Positions 13,387-26,109 of a stretch of 64,000 bases of DNA are shown in pieces. Positions within the stretch are counted from its first letter, which is position 1. The number at the start of each line of letters is the position of its first letter. The position numbers and the translations under genes are program-made. The notes beneath the pieces were generated by a model. The model saw nothing but the letters and a program-made list of their open reading frames with translations. It was not told the origin of the DNA and made no database searches. Source of the DNA: Callorhinchus milii (Eukaryota); the NCBI RefSeq assembly GCF_018977255.1, contig NW_024704742.1, positions 11,596,001 to 11,660,000 of the forward strand, read 5' to 3'.

Positions 13387-14130
13387 GTGAACAACATTTG
13401 GGTTGAATGGTTGACATGAAATCTATTTCATTCATTAAAGCTATCCCATCCCAGTTTATAGCAAAACGTTCAACTTCACAGGTTATTTCCTGCAGACCTG
13501 GCTGGCTGTAACTTTTGACGAATGGTAGCAGTAGAATTGGTGACCCATTACTGAGAGCAAGCTGAGTTGAATTCTGTATCATTTATTTGATGACTTAGTC
13601 ACTACAATGACTATATTTTTTTTGCACCAGAATCTTGTCCTGTATTTGAGGACATTTTTTAAAATCGTAAGAGACGATGTCCCTTTTCCCTAACCTACTT
13701 GGGTTTGTAATATTTGGCTGAGCTTACGAGTGCTGCACCTTTTTAATCCTATGGCAATGTTTCCCACAGGAAGATTGTTTGAATGAATACCTCTATTCAA
13801 CCAACAGGGAAAGATGACAAAATGTCCAGCTTACAGTAAATTGGGTACAGTGTAAAGAGCTTTGTCTCTTTACATACTAATAAAACATGGCTTAATACTG
13901 TAACAAGATGGGTGCTATGAATTGATCACTTTGGAGATGCCCAAAAGAATCCTGGAGATGAACATCCATCCTTCCTTGTAACAAGTGCCCAATCTGCACT
14001 CAGTGTTCTAACTTGATGTACTGGCCTAGTGCTGGGGGGCCATGACATGAATTTTCCTTTGGAAGTCTTTGCTAAGTGCAAGGTATGCAAACATTAAAAA
14101 ACAGACCTGTTGTATTTTTGTGGTGCGTAG

Positions 14131-14314
14131 GCGATGGTGGAGACAGTGAACAACCTTCTGCAGCCACAAGCCCTGGACGCATGGCAGGACCTGATGACAA
14201 ATGACCAACTGCGGGCAGCCACAATGTTGCTTCATACGGTGGAGCAGGGCGCCTTTGTCCTGGCTGACAATCTGCTCAAAACAGACATCGTCCGAGAAAA
14301 CAACGAGAACATAT
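14131..14314 (+). CDS. ADGRL3: GAIN domain exon
   Basis: TAG 14128-14130, GTGAGT at 14315, 184 nt, phase 0-1. AMVETVNNLLQPQALDAWQDL...LADNLLKTDIVRENNENI. Confidence 0.95.
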
Positions 14315-14331
14315 GTGAGTGGAGGGCAGTT

Positions 14332-14756
14332 CAACAACAACTTGCACTTAAATTGCACTTATATAATGCCCTCCACGCAGGGTAGTGTCTCAGAGCGCTC
14401 AACAGTAGCAGAGCCTAAATCCATGTGGGGGTGGGGGCAGGGCAGGTGACCATAAACATCGTCAAAAAGGAAGGTTTGCAGGTAGGACTTGAAAAAGGAG
14501 AGAGTGGGGGCAAGGCAAAGAGATTGAGGGAAAGTGGTCCAGAGTTTTGCGGGTTAGTGGCTGAAAGCGTGACCTCCAATGGTGGGGAGGAGGGTGCAAA
14601 GGATGAGCAGGAGGCCAGTGCCAGTCGAGCGGAGGTGCCAGGTGGATTGGGGAGTGAGGAGGTCGGAGAGGTAGGGAGGTGCCAGGGAATTAAAGGATTT
14701 GAGTGAAGGGAGTGTGAGGATCTTGAAGTCGATCCGTTCAGTGATGGGGAGCCAGT
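14332..14756 (-). mobile_element. L2 LINE 3' fragment
   Basis: Minus-strand NWLPITERIDFKIL...LAPPYLSDLL; (CAA)n tail. Confidence 0.85.
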
Positions 14757-16327
14757 TTGATGCGAAAGTCGTCCATTCCACGTTAATCGTATTTGAGAAG
14801 GAAACAATTAATTTTTAGGTATTGAAATTCATTCTACATCTTGGCTCCATTCCTTTTAACCTGTGGATTTGAAACAAGTCAGCTCGTTCTCGGGTGTTGC
14901 TATAATTCGGAAACATTCTATGTGTTGAAAAGTGAAAACTGACTGGATTAAATCAGAAAGTGAAGGCTGAAGCAAGATGACAGTTAAAACAAGTAAAATC
15001 ACAAGGGATTGAATCTCTTTATAGTGGCAATGCACTCGTCAAGAGTCTATCCTACATTGGTTCAGTCCTCAGAGAGTTAGCAAATGAATAATATATAAAT
15101 TAAGTACATGAAAGCTCAATTCTTAGTAAAAACAAACTAAATTATCATCAGTAACATAGAAAGGCTTCAACCACAAGTAGAAATTGTCTTCAGTTTAGTT
15201 TTGTTCAAATTCTGAAACACATTGAGAGAAGAGGCTGGTACAACTTTTCTAAGTACATCATGTTGACCTCCTAAAACTGTTAGCATTGTCCATAGAACTC
15301 AACTTACGGAGCCTGAACAGAGTTGATGGAACTGAATCCTTAACATGTTTAAGCTTAACTGAGATCCTTTATTATTTTTTATTATCTCATTGCCAGGCAC
15401 AATGTGCATCATTAGAGCAGGCAGTCATGAGGCATTCAGAGATAGAAAAGTGCATTTTCCATAATAAACATTTGGGAGAGAGAGAGGGAAATTATTGTGC
15501 ATGGAGATTTAAAAACAAAATTCACTGTATAAGGATTTAGGCTTGCTACGTTCTAATATAATCTTTACATTTGATATGGTACCTTATCACATCTTCCAGA
15601 CGTCTCAAAGAGCTTCACAGGATATACTGTCATGTGTATATTTTGTGGGCCGCAAATTGCTGGAACTAGTCATGAATTCTTAAACTTTAATTTTCTTCAG
15701 AATTATAACGCCATTAGTGAGTGATTAATTAAATCATTAGATTTGAAATATATTTGATGATCTAAATCCAAATCCCCATAAAATAAGTAATACAGGAGAC
15801 TCTGGAGAACATCAAAGAAGTTGAGTGCTTGATATATACCCTCACCAGGAGATCACAGAGTTTGAGTGCAGCTGTTGGATTGCCATGCGGATGCTCATCA
15901 TGAAAGGATGAATTGAAAGGTTGGCCCAAGCAGAATGGCTAACAATGTGTACAGCACCTTGCTTCACATCCCCCTCCACTTTGAGATATATCCAAATAAT
16001 AATCATAGCAGCATTCTTTGCCGTAGTGGCTGTATTGTCATCTTTTCTACTTTCAATGGAAATTGACTGGTAAGTGCCTGACTTGAAGAGGGCATATGAG
16101 TGCATTTCAAAATTTGTGACAGCAATTGAAGTTTGCAGTGCTCCAGGACGCTACCTCACGTGAAGGGCGCGATATAAATGCAGGTTGTTGTTCAGTTGCA
16201 AGATTAAATACGGGTAATTCTTCAAAGACCGTTAAGGCATATAGGATGCTCGAATACAGAAAGACAGAACAGTGACCCACAAAGTGTTTGGATGTCACCA
16301 GTTTGTTTTTGTTTTTTGGGGTAATAG

Positions 16328-16450
16328 TGCTGGAGGTTGCCCGCTTGAGTACAGATGGAACATTAGAAGACCTGAAGTTTCCACAGAGTGGAATAAATGA
16401 GAACTCGATAACGCTTTCGGCAAGCACCCTGAAACGGTATGGCCGCAATG
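16328..16450 (+). CDS. ADGRL3: GAIN domain exon
   Basis: AG 16326-16327, GTAAGT at 16451, 123 nt, phase 1-1. LEVARLSTDGTLEDLKFPQ...TLKRYGRN. Confidence 0.94.
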
Positions 16451-18169
16451 GTAAGTTGAGATGTCCTGATGTTAAATATTATATAGAAGGCTACAGAGCA
16501 GCAAGATGCGTGTGTGTTTGTACCTGTTCTCATATGGTCGGGCTAAGGAGACAATGGTCACTGAGAGGGAGAAGGAAATAAACTGAACCAATCCCATATT
16601 CAGGGGCTGGTAACATAGCACTACTGGCAGATGCCTTGGAGCAGTTAGACATTTCTTGATTGTGAAATGTTCAATGTTGTTTATCTCTGCCCCTTTCAAT
16701 GATAGATTAAATGTATAGATCTAATTTTTTTGGTTCATCCGCTCTGTTTTCTCTTATGAAACCTAATGAAACAAAGCAATGAACATTTTCTATCCTAGGA
16801 TTATCTGGTTTCTATTTGTGAAGCATCACCACTTTGGACAAAGTAATTTCACTGTTGACTTCCGTCTGACTGTTTTTTGGCTGGAATGTGGATCTTGTGT
16901 TTATGACGTCAGAAGCATCGTTGGTGTCTGTCTTTTGGTGTCTCCCTCAGAATATGGAAGAGTACATCTCACGTTTCCCTTCAAAGAATGAAGGGCAAAC
17001 AAGTGATCCTTGAAGACAATATAGTTCCCCTTCCAAAGTAAGAATCAGAATACAATAGATTCCGGAAGGTCAAAATCCTTCACGGTTTTAGCTTAACAGC
17101 ACGGTCTTAGATTTATGATTCTCAATTTAAGTATTAATCTAAGTGCCAGTTTTCTTAAAACAAATTGGCTTTCAAATTAAAGCTGAATTAATATGAATTT
17201 TCCAAAAGTTTGAACAATGATAAAATAAGGCTAAGATTGTGGGGACTTTAGGACTTCAAAGCAGCACGCAACACTACAAAGTCAAAGGCCAGCAAAAGAT
17301 CTGTAGGCAAAGAAAATGGCCTCTTCCTTCACAACACACATCTTCCTTCAAATCTTGGTGTCAAAAATGGTCCTGGATGTTTTGATTGTGTGGTATCCTG
17401 GACATTTGGCTAATGGTGCTCTGAAGAAAGTAAACAGTTGACTCAGGCCTTTCCCAATGTTCTGAAGAACATTTAGGAATGACTGGCATCAGTTCTCCAG
17501 TTTCTCAGGTTAATGATAATAGTTCTAAATGGGTCTGAAGTTCTTATTCAACATATGTTTTGCTGCTGACAGAGGCTGGCTTGATATAGTTTACATCCTC
17601 TACCTGAAGGTAGAGGGGCCTCTTTGGGGGAAAATAAACATTGTTTCAGCATGAAATCTGCAGATTGTGCAGAACTTTAAATTAGTTCTAGCGAGTCCTT
17701 GGGTGAAGATATGACAATTTGTATCAGTCTTGATCAAGTTGGATGAATCTCATAGTTTGTTGGTCAATGATCCTTGAGGAAACCCATGTTTATTCTATTG
17801 TTGTTTCTCTGCCAACTCCACACTAGTATAGACGAGCCACAGGACATTCCAGCCTTTGTTTGACAACAGTAATACAACACTAGAACAAAGCTAAGAGGAG
17901 CAACAAAATATATTCCTCAAGCATTTTATAAATGAGGATTAATGAGGTATACTGGAAAAAAAGTATATCCGGCCAGTAAGTACCTCCGGTTAACAGGATG
18001 GCTATTCCACTGGTGGACCATATTCTGCAGAGATCAAAACTGCATTAGAGATGAACTCTTGGTAATCTTGAGGTCAAGCTGTACGTTGCTGTCAAGAGAA
18101 TTGTGATAATATAGCAGTCTTTATTTGGAACATTTTCTCAATCACAATAGCCAACCTGCTTTTTCTACT

Positions 18170-18415
18170 CATAGGTCATTCTCGAGGCTGAAAACAACCC
18201 CAAAATCCTGTTCTCCACCACCCACCACCTCCTCCATGCCTCCTCTCTAGCACCCTCAATCCTCACTTCTGATGCCAAGTGCTTGGAGGTCCTGGACTAC
18301 TTTAAGATAGATAACATCCGCCCAGCTGTACACCCTCCCCCCACCCAATGTCACCTACCACCCCACATACCTCCTTCATCAGTCACTTCTCCTACCATGG
18401 CTCCCACCCTACACT
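18170..18415 (+). mobile_element. L2 ORF2 internal fragment
   Basis: ILEAENNPKILFST is homologous to ILEAKHNPKILFS in the 47203 element. Confidence 0.65.
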
Positions 18416-18419
18416 CTTA

Positions 18420-18633
18420 GGTGAAACATGGCAGCCAATTGCACACAGCAGTTTCCCACAAGCAGTTGTGGATTGAGTGACCTTTTTTTTAAAGGGATCA
18501 TTACCCCCGGAAATCGACTAACAACCAGGTTGCTTCTCCCTTCTAGATAAACAGAGGCATGTGGAGTAAGGAGACTTGATAAGGTATAGCCCTGCCCGGG
18601 AATGAAATCCGCGTTCTCTCGCTTGCAAAGCGA
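18420..18633 (-). mobile_element. tRNA-derived SINE fragment
   Basis: Matches the body and part of the head of the 26110 SINE in reverse. Confidence 0.75.
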
Positions 18634-19511
18634 ACGCTACAAGTTTTACAAATTGTATGTAACAAGCCGCATTTTACTGCACGAAATGTTGAATATGATA
18701 TCCAAGTGTAAACTAAACCAAGTGCAGCTACATCATAATATATTTGCCGATATTTTTGAACATCATTTGCTGCATTGCCGAGAGATCCTTTTGCAAATAC
18801 TTTGTCAAGTATTTGTACTGTATAAATCTGAAAACGAGTGAGGAAATAATAACAATCCTTGCATTTGATATAGCGCCTTATCACGTTTTCGAAACGTCTC
18901 AAAGCGCTTGACAGAATATACTGTAAAGTTAATTGACTATGAAGTAGCATAAGAGGGATTATGGATGAAAGAAATGCAAAATGGTTCAGATTAATCTTGT
19001 ACAATAGCTTCCCTATGATTTGATCCATTTTTCTGAAGTAATATTCACCTGATAATACTGACCCAAGTCTCCTTGTATTGAGGAAGGGATCTGAATTTAT
19101 TCTGTAGTGGCACTGTCATGATAATTTGATGTCAATCCCACCACCATTGTTGTCATGGGTCTGTTTCGTAACCCGTTAAACACTGCATGACAGTGTTCAA
19201 AATATTAACCTTCATTTATCAGGATTCCTCTGTCTACTGTGTAATCGGAGCCTGTGCACTGAATTTTTCGGAGTGTATCAAAAGATTAATGTGCGCACTG
19301 AAAAAATCTGTAAAAATTATTCACTTCAAACTTCTAAGAATTATTAAAAGGGAAGTAACATTCATGGAAATACTTTCAGTACAAGGTACTCTGCCCCGCA
19401 TCCCCCTTAAACAGGCTATGATAAACAGGCTGGCCTGATGGATACTACATTGTGAATCTTCGAAGTGCATTTCTTTAAAAAATGATCGCAGGGTTTTTCC
19501 CTTTGTTGCAG

Positions 19512-19717
19512 GTGAGATAAGAGTTGCCTTCGTCCTCTACAACAATCTGGGCACCTATCTCTCCACTGAGAATGCCAGCTTCAAGCTGGGAAGTGAGGCC
19601 ATGTCCACCAATCACACTCTTATAGTCAATTCCCAAGTTGTCAGTGCAGCAATCAACAAAGAAAGCAATCGAATCTACTTGAATGATCCTGTGGTTTTTA
19701 CCTTAAAACATGCTGAC
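19512..19717 (+). CDS. ADGRL3: GAIN domain exon
   Basis: CAG ending 19511, GTGAGT at 19718, 206 nt, phase 1-0. GEIRVAFVLYNNLGTYLSTENAS...DPVVFTLKHAD. Absent from the ORF track. Confidence 0.95.
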
Positions 19718-20818
19718 GTGAGTATGGAAATCTTGTTGTACAGGGTGTTGTTTATAAGGGTTTAATTTGCAAATTGGGCCAACAAAAGTATATGCATACA
19801 GCGGGACTTATAATAATAATAATAATCCTTGTATTTGATATAGCGCCTTATCACGTCTTTGAAATTTCTCAAAGCCCTTCACAAAACATACTGTAAAATG
19901 AATTGACTGTATATTTTGTGGGCAAAACTTATGTGATGACTTATGTAATATTCAGGCAATGCGGAGCAATCCAGGTCATTATTGAATCTTTTACAGAGAT
20001 TGTTTGCACGTGATTAACCCAGCCGCAAATTTAGCACAACCACAGGCTTTTGCAGATGTCTTAAACTCAACGCGCAAATTAAACAAACTCCTGTTTTTTT
20101 CTCTCTGGAGAGTAAACCAGTCATTCTGAACAACCCTCATTTCAGAACACACTGCAATATAATGGAATGATTAGAAAACCTACAGCGGAATTCTCATGAG
20201 AGCATTTTTTAAATAATTTTTGCACTATTTGTTGGACTGTTTTGGTGTATCTTTGACAACCTGCTGTTCCCACAGTGAAAACTGTCCTGCCTGTGTCCTC
20301 TTGACCGTTGGGAGGACGGACTTTCAGCCATTCTACCTGGCTCAAAATCTACCTCTTTGTTCGCACTTTCCTGTCTCCACCCCCGCTTCACTCCCACCCA
20401 CAGCTCGGGTGCCCAGCCAGCAGTGTAAACTAGACGCTTTGAAGTTTCCTCATGGCATGAAATGCCTACATAAATGTCAATTGTATTATATTCTCCAGAG
20501 GATTCCAGGTGTGTTAATATTTGTACACAACNAAAAAGGGAACTGGCATGAAGATGCAATAAATTGTGTGCACTGATTTGTGCCAAAAGGCATACTTTAA
20601 ATAATATAATATCCCTTTAGATGTCTAAACTTTGTTGAGACGCTTTCTACAGACTCTCTGGGAAGTAGCAGAGTTGTAAAGGGACGCAGCCATTTCTGCG
20701 GTTGGCACTTGGGGAACTGAAAGTAAAATCGCTGTTGGATTGAACAGTCACTTGTAAAGAAATGCTTATTAAAAATTCAGCATGTTGCAAGGTAAATAAG
20801 TAGAATGAAAAGGGACGA

Positions 20819-20997
20819 AAACAGAGAAGGCTGGGAAAACTCAGCAGATCAGGCAGCATCTATAGAGAAAGGAAAGTGAGTCAATGTTTCGGGTTCATGG
20901 CGTTCTGACGAAGGGTTGTGGACCCGAAACATTGACTCACTTTCCTTTCTCTATAGATGCTGCCTGACCTGCTAAGTTTTCCCAGCCCTCTCTGTTT
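20819..20997. repeat. Long inverted repeat, probably Penelope-like-element-derived
   Basis: Arms 20819-20895 and 20921-20997 (77 bp, 4 mismatches) with a 25-nt spacer; contains CTGACGAA-GGGT...ACCC-GAAAC. The family assignment is inference. Confidence 0.85.
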
Positions 20998-22579
20998 CTG
21001 TTTCAGATTCCAGCATCTGCAGTATTTTGTGTTTTGTAGAATAAACAGGGGCTTAATATGGAAACTTGAGAAGGGTGAGGTGTTATGTAATTCAGTTCCA
21101 ATGACTATTTTAGCAATAATAATAATTGTTGGATTTGATATTGCATTTTTTCATGTCGTCGAGACATCTCAAAGCGCTTCACAGAATATACTGTAAAGTG
21201 AATTGACTGTACATTTTGTGGGTGAAACGCGGCAGCCATTTGCGCACGGCAGTGTCACAAATATTAACACACCTACATTACTTTAATAACATTGGAGAGA
21301 AATACATAACACAAATAAACTCCCAATATGCATGGCTTATTTACCAAATAGTTTAATTGCACCTTTCCTTTTCATAAATCCCTTCAGTTGCCGCTAATGT
21401 GACTTATTTTCATTCCATTAATTCAGCAGCTATCTCATATTAATCTCTCTGTTGGCTTTTATTTATGCACCATTATACAATGCACTTCTGTTGAACTGCA
21501 ACCTCAGCCTCACCAAATTCCATGCATCCATCAGCCTAGTCCTCGACAGTTCACTGTCTCCCAATGGATCAGTTTCAGGGTCCTCACCCTTGCCTATAAA
21601 TCCATCTACTTCCTACCATCTCTTATCTCCCCGATCTTCCACCCTACACTACCCCTTGCGCTCAGCAAACTCAGGCTTGCTGCATGTCCCCTGCCTCTCC
21701 ACGCAACTCTCAGTGACAGAGCTTTCACTCTTAACCTTTGAAACTCCCTTCCTCTATCCCCTTGCCCCGTTTTGGTCTTTAAGTCTCATCTAAAATCTTA
21801 TCCCTTTGAATGTGCCTATAGCATCTGCCTCCCCCCTCTACCTTGATCGTTTATGTCTGTCCTTGTGAAATGCTCATTTGTTATCCTAGGTGAAGGTCAC
21901 TATATAAATGCAAGTTGTTATTGTTCCTGTTCGATTGTTTGCTTTTAGCTATGATTTAAACTCAAGTACCCAGTCCAATGGAGCATGCACGTGATGTATT
22001 GTGCAATGATCAGGCTCAGTTTACCCTTTGGATTCCCATGGGTAGCATGTCTAAATTTTGTGCTGCTATCAGATGGACTGAGGGACCTTGCTATAACCAC
22101 CTTAACAGCTCATTGCAGGCGGCTTTATCAACAGCGAGCTCATTGATTTGCGAAACAGTATGGGGCATGAGAATGGCTGAACATAAAAGCTTATAAATTG
22201 ATATCTAGAGGTTTAGAGAGCTATCACTCCAATGAGGATGTTAGTTTATCATCCGTTTCCAAAAGTTCAACAACCACATTAAAAATTCACTTTAATGCTG
22301 GACAGTGATATTTTTCAAATCTTGGCTTAAAATGCCAGCTATTTCTGAATTGGAACTGGTGATCAATTATAATGGATCTGAGACATCCTCTTGGCATGAA
22401 AGTAGCTGTGTAAATGCACACTGGGGCTCAGGGCTCTCTCTTTGGTCCTTTCTTCTTCGATATTTACATGCCTCCACTTGGTGACATCATCTGCAGACGT
22501 GGGGATGTAGCAGGGTGACTGCCTTGCCACCCCCACCTACATTGAACATTGGCATTTTACTGTTCGATATATATATACA

Positions 22580-22773
22580 TAATTTTTTACAAGGAATTTA
22601 TACCCCCAGAAAAGCGATTCACCAAACAAATACCAACCGGGTTCCTACTTACTGCTAGGTAAACAAAGGAGTGTGGAGTAAGGAAACTTGCCCAGCATTT
22701 TGCTCTGCCGGGAATCGAACCCAAGTCTCTCACTTGTGAGGCGAGTTCTCTAACCACTGAGCTTCAGGATTCC
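22580..22773 (-). mobile_element. tRNA-derived SINE 5' part
   Basis: Reverse strand gives GCTCAGTGGTTAGAG (A box) and GGGTTCGATTCCC (B box). Confidence 0.8.
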
Positions 22774-23064
22774 ACGATGGGATGATGGCAAGGTTCATTC
22801 AATTGCATGGTCAGCAATGCAAATAAAGCAGATGTTTGTTTCAAGAGATGATTTTAGTCATGAGTTCAAATTAATCAAAATCCAAGACAAATTTGACATT
22901 GGTTATAATCTGAGTTTTATATCTTCTACGCAAAAAATGTGATGTGCAACAGATTGATTTCTGACTGAAGTGATTGTGACCAGAGATCTGGTGGGGTGAC
23001 AGGGAACAAGAGATGGTCCAGTTGCCAGGGCTTTTGTCAGAATCTTTCTATCTTTTTGTTTCAG

Positions 23065-23238
23065 CTCAAGAATAACTTCAACCCAAACTGTTCCTTCTGG
23101 AGCTACTCAAAGCACACAATGACGGGATACTGGTCCACACAGGGCTGCCGAAAGCTAGGCAGCAATAAGACACACACTACCTGCTCCTGCAATCATCTCA
23201 CCAACTTTGCCGTCCTCATGGCCCACAAAGATGTGAAG
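23065..23238 (+). CDS. ADGRL3: GPS motif exon with autoproteolysis site and tethered agonist
   Basis: CAG ending 23064, GTAAGG at 23239, 174 nt, phase 0-0. [20 protein letters not shown]...[20 protein letters not shown] codons at 23194-23202. Confidence 0.97.
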
Positions 23239-25160
23239 GTAAGGATTAGCGACGCAATATGGCCTATTCACCCCACACCTTGAGGCTTGTCTGCTGCCGA
23301 AGTCAAATGGCTCTTTCATTGACACAGTGGAGCTAAACTCAACTGGTTCCAGATGCCACNTTTTTTCCTGATTGTTCAGTCAAGCTCAATGGAGAAACCT
23401 ATTTAGCATCTGACAATGTAACAATGTATCGTGGGAATGCACCACCTAATTTAGCGAAGAAAACAAGTAAAACTAGAGCAAATTAAGTGCCACTACCAAA
23501 ATGTAGCATTCACTTTCATGTATGCTGTATTAACTTTTTTTTGGGTGGGGAGTGCAAGTTACAAGGATAATTGCCCCGAAGTACGTCAATGTACATTTTA
23601 AAAGACTTATTTTTTTACCATGCTCTTGGTTATATTATTCCTCTTCCCACCCTCTTCACCCTCCCCCTTAGCTCTGGTCCCCAGGCAGCAGTGTAAAGCA
23701 TGTTAAGATGCCCTCCTGACATAAAAAGCGCTATATAATAATAAAAACTTAATCCTCACATTTGATATGGTGCCTTATCGCATCAGAAGGATGTCTCAAA
23801 ACGCTTCACAGGATATATGGTAAAGTGAATTGACTGTATATTTTGTGGGTGAAACAAAATATGTAAGTGTAGAATAATACATTGTAGTTGCAAATGATTA
23901 TGCATGTCCATGACTACATATTTTCCTCTTTTCCATGATCGGATTAAACATTGTGACATGTGTGGAATTTACCCTAGTCATTCCAAAGGTTTGGCTCGCT
24001 TGTTTAGATTTACTTGGAGTCTTCACATTATTGGGTTGTAATCTAACACCAGTGACATTTGATTCTCACAGAATTTAGGTGGAAAGTAAAGTTCACAATC
24101 TGTCTTAAACCTCTCTCCTTCCCGACATTTAGTGGGAAATATGAATGTGCTGTGTGAAATTTTGTAAATCCCACAGACTAAGGCTGTGCCTATGCCATCA
24201 TTCACACATAACACAAAACATGTGTGCCTTGGAATATATTGTGATCAGCAAACAAGATTTACAGCATAACTTGATATTGTTAAAAAAGGAGCTTTTTTTT
24301 CACTTTTTTTGATTAAGCAAAATATTTTCATTTAACTACACCCCATACATTCAACTGATTAGGCCTCTGTTCAGATAAGGCAAACCTCATCCGGGTGTTG
24401 CCCTTTAATTCTTTTCTGTGCTGGCCAGCAAATCTGCCCTGGCCTTGCGTTCTCATACCATCATCAATCTCTTGAACTCGTGAGTTCTGTTAATTTTGAG
24501 GTAGGAAAATACCTTGTCTAAAAAGTCCTCAGAATTAAACTATTTCTGAGGACATACACCAAGTAATTTCAGACAAGTCCACCATAATACAAGACATTGT
24601 TTTGACTGTCTTTTTCATCTGTGTAATTTGCAGGTGCAGGAATGCCTTCAACCCTGCAGACCAAAGCTCTAAAGCACCATGTACTGTGAAGCGCAGTTGT
24701 GCTTTCATTATTCTGAATTTTATCTCTTCTTCTTTTCCCGCTTGTCAGCTATATTGCTCCGTATCATTCCAACCCAGAAAAAGATATTCATAGAAAATGA
24801 TGTGTTCCTTTATTTCAATAACATATATTGCTCATCTAGTCAACCCGTTTATTTAACGTTCTCTTGGTATTTTCAGTTTTTCTCTCTGTTCTTCTACCAC
24901 TCAACATAATAATCCTTGCAGTTTAGTGTTTTATCAGGACACCACAAGGTCTCAGCACACATCACCAGATTTTTCTTGTAAAGTGTAGTGACTGTGTATT
25001 TGTAGACCCAGCCAACAGCCGATTTGCATACTATAATGTTCCATAAACTGCCATAATGATATTCCAGCTAAACAAAATTACTTTATGGTTATTCATTAAA
25101 TGGCCATAAAATTATTTTATCTGGAGGATTGTTAGCCAGGCAAGCAAAGGATGGCACTTC

Positions 25161-25351
25161 ATAGAATCATAGAACTATACAGCACGGAAGGAGGCCATTC
25201 AGCCCATCGTGTCTGTGCCAGCTCTTTGAAAAGAACAAATCAATCCCACTCCTCCGCGCTCTCCCCATAGATCTGCAAACTTGTCCTCCCCAAATAATTA
25301 TCTACTTCTCTCTTAAAAGTTGTTATCGAATCGACTTCCACCACTGTTTCA
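25161..25351 (-). mobile_element. CR1-type LINE 3' end inserted in a SINE
   Basis: ATAGAATCATAGAA tail, GGAGGCCATTCAGCCCATCG stem; TSD GGCACTTC at 25153-25160 and 25352-25359. Confidence 0.8.
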
Positions 25352-25490
25352 GGCACTTCCGATGATGCAGTATTCCTCCAGCACAGTATCGGTATGTCAG
25401 CCTAGACAATGAGCTTAAAGTCCCAACATGGGGCTTGAACCCACAACCTTGTGACTCAGGCGAGTGTGCTACTAACTGAGCCAGGCTGAG
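25352..25490 (-). mobile_element. tRNA-derived head of a Deu-type SINE
   Basis: Reverse strand TGGCTCAGTTAGTAGCACACTCGCC...GGTTGTGGGTTCAAGCCCC, with A and B boxes. Confidence 0.7.
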
Positions 25491-26109
25491 GCTCTAATTA
25501 ATTTGCTATTAATCATTGTGAGACGAGGGCACAGAGTGTTGGATCTTCTAACTTTTAGAGAAAAACAGTATTTCGAGGAAGTAAGTTAAATATTACAGTG
25601 CACTTTGTGCCATTGTTTAGCTTGTTATTGTTAAAACTTATGAAGAACATTAGAATTTGTGAGGACAATAGAAATCCATTAAGCTCCTCCTTTTATGATT
25701 TTTAATGAATACCTTATCACATTATCTCACTAATCCCTCACATTTTTCTTTCACCAGGATTACATTCAATTCTCCCTTGACCCTATGAACTAATGAAAAG
25801 TTATCTTGCTTTTAGTCACAGACAGATTTAAGATGCAGGAAAAGTCTTTGCTTTTAAAAACTTATCAAATGACACAGGTTTATTTCTTAGTCATGGGATA
25901 ACATTCTGCTAGTTACCCCACCATATTGCATAGAGAAATAAGGGAAGTCCAATGCCATATCTGGATTGTGTGCCTAAAATCATTCGACTTTCATGATCAG
26001 GTTGGATTTGTTTGCAGTTACGGTTGAGAACACTTCGTACTGTGCTTCAGTAAACTGCTGACAAGTGTTGAGGTATAGTCACTTCCCCTTTAACATTTCT
26101 TTTTAAATT

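Noticed and set aside
17597..17616. Perfect hairpin CCTCTACC-TGAA-GGTAGAGG
   Set aside because: An 8-bp stem is expected by chance in 64 kb, and there is no supporting context.
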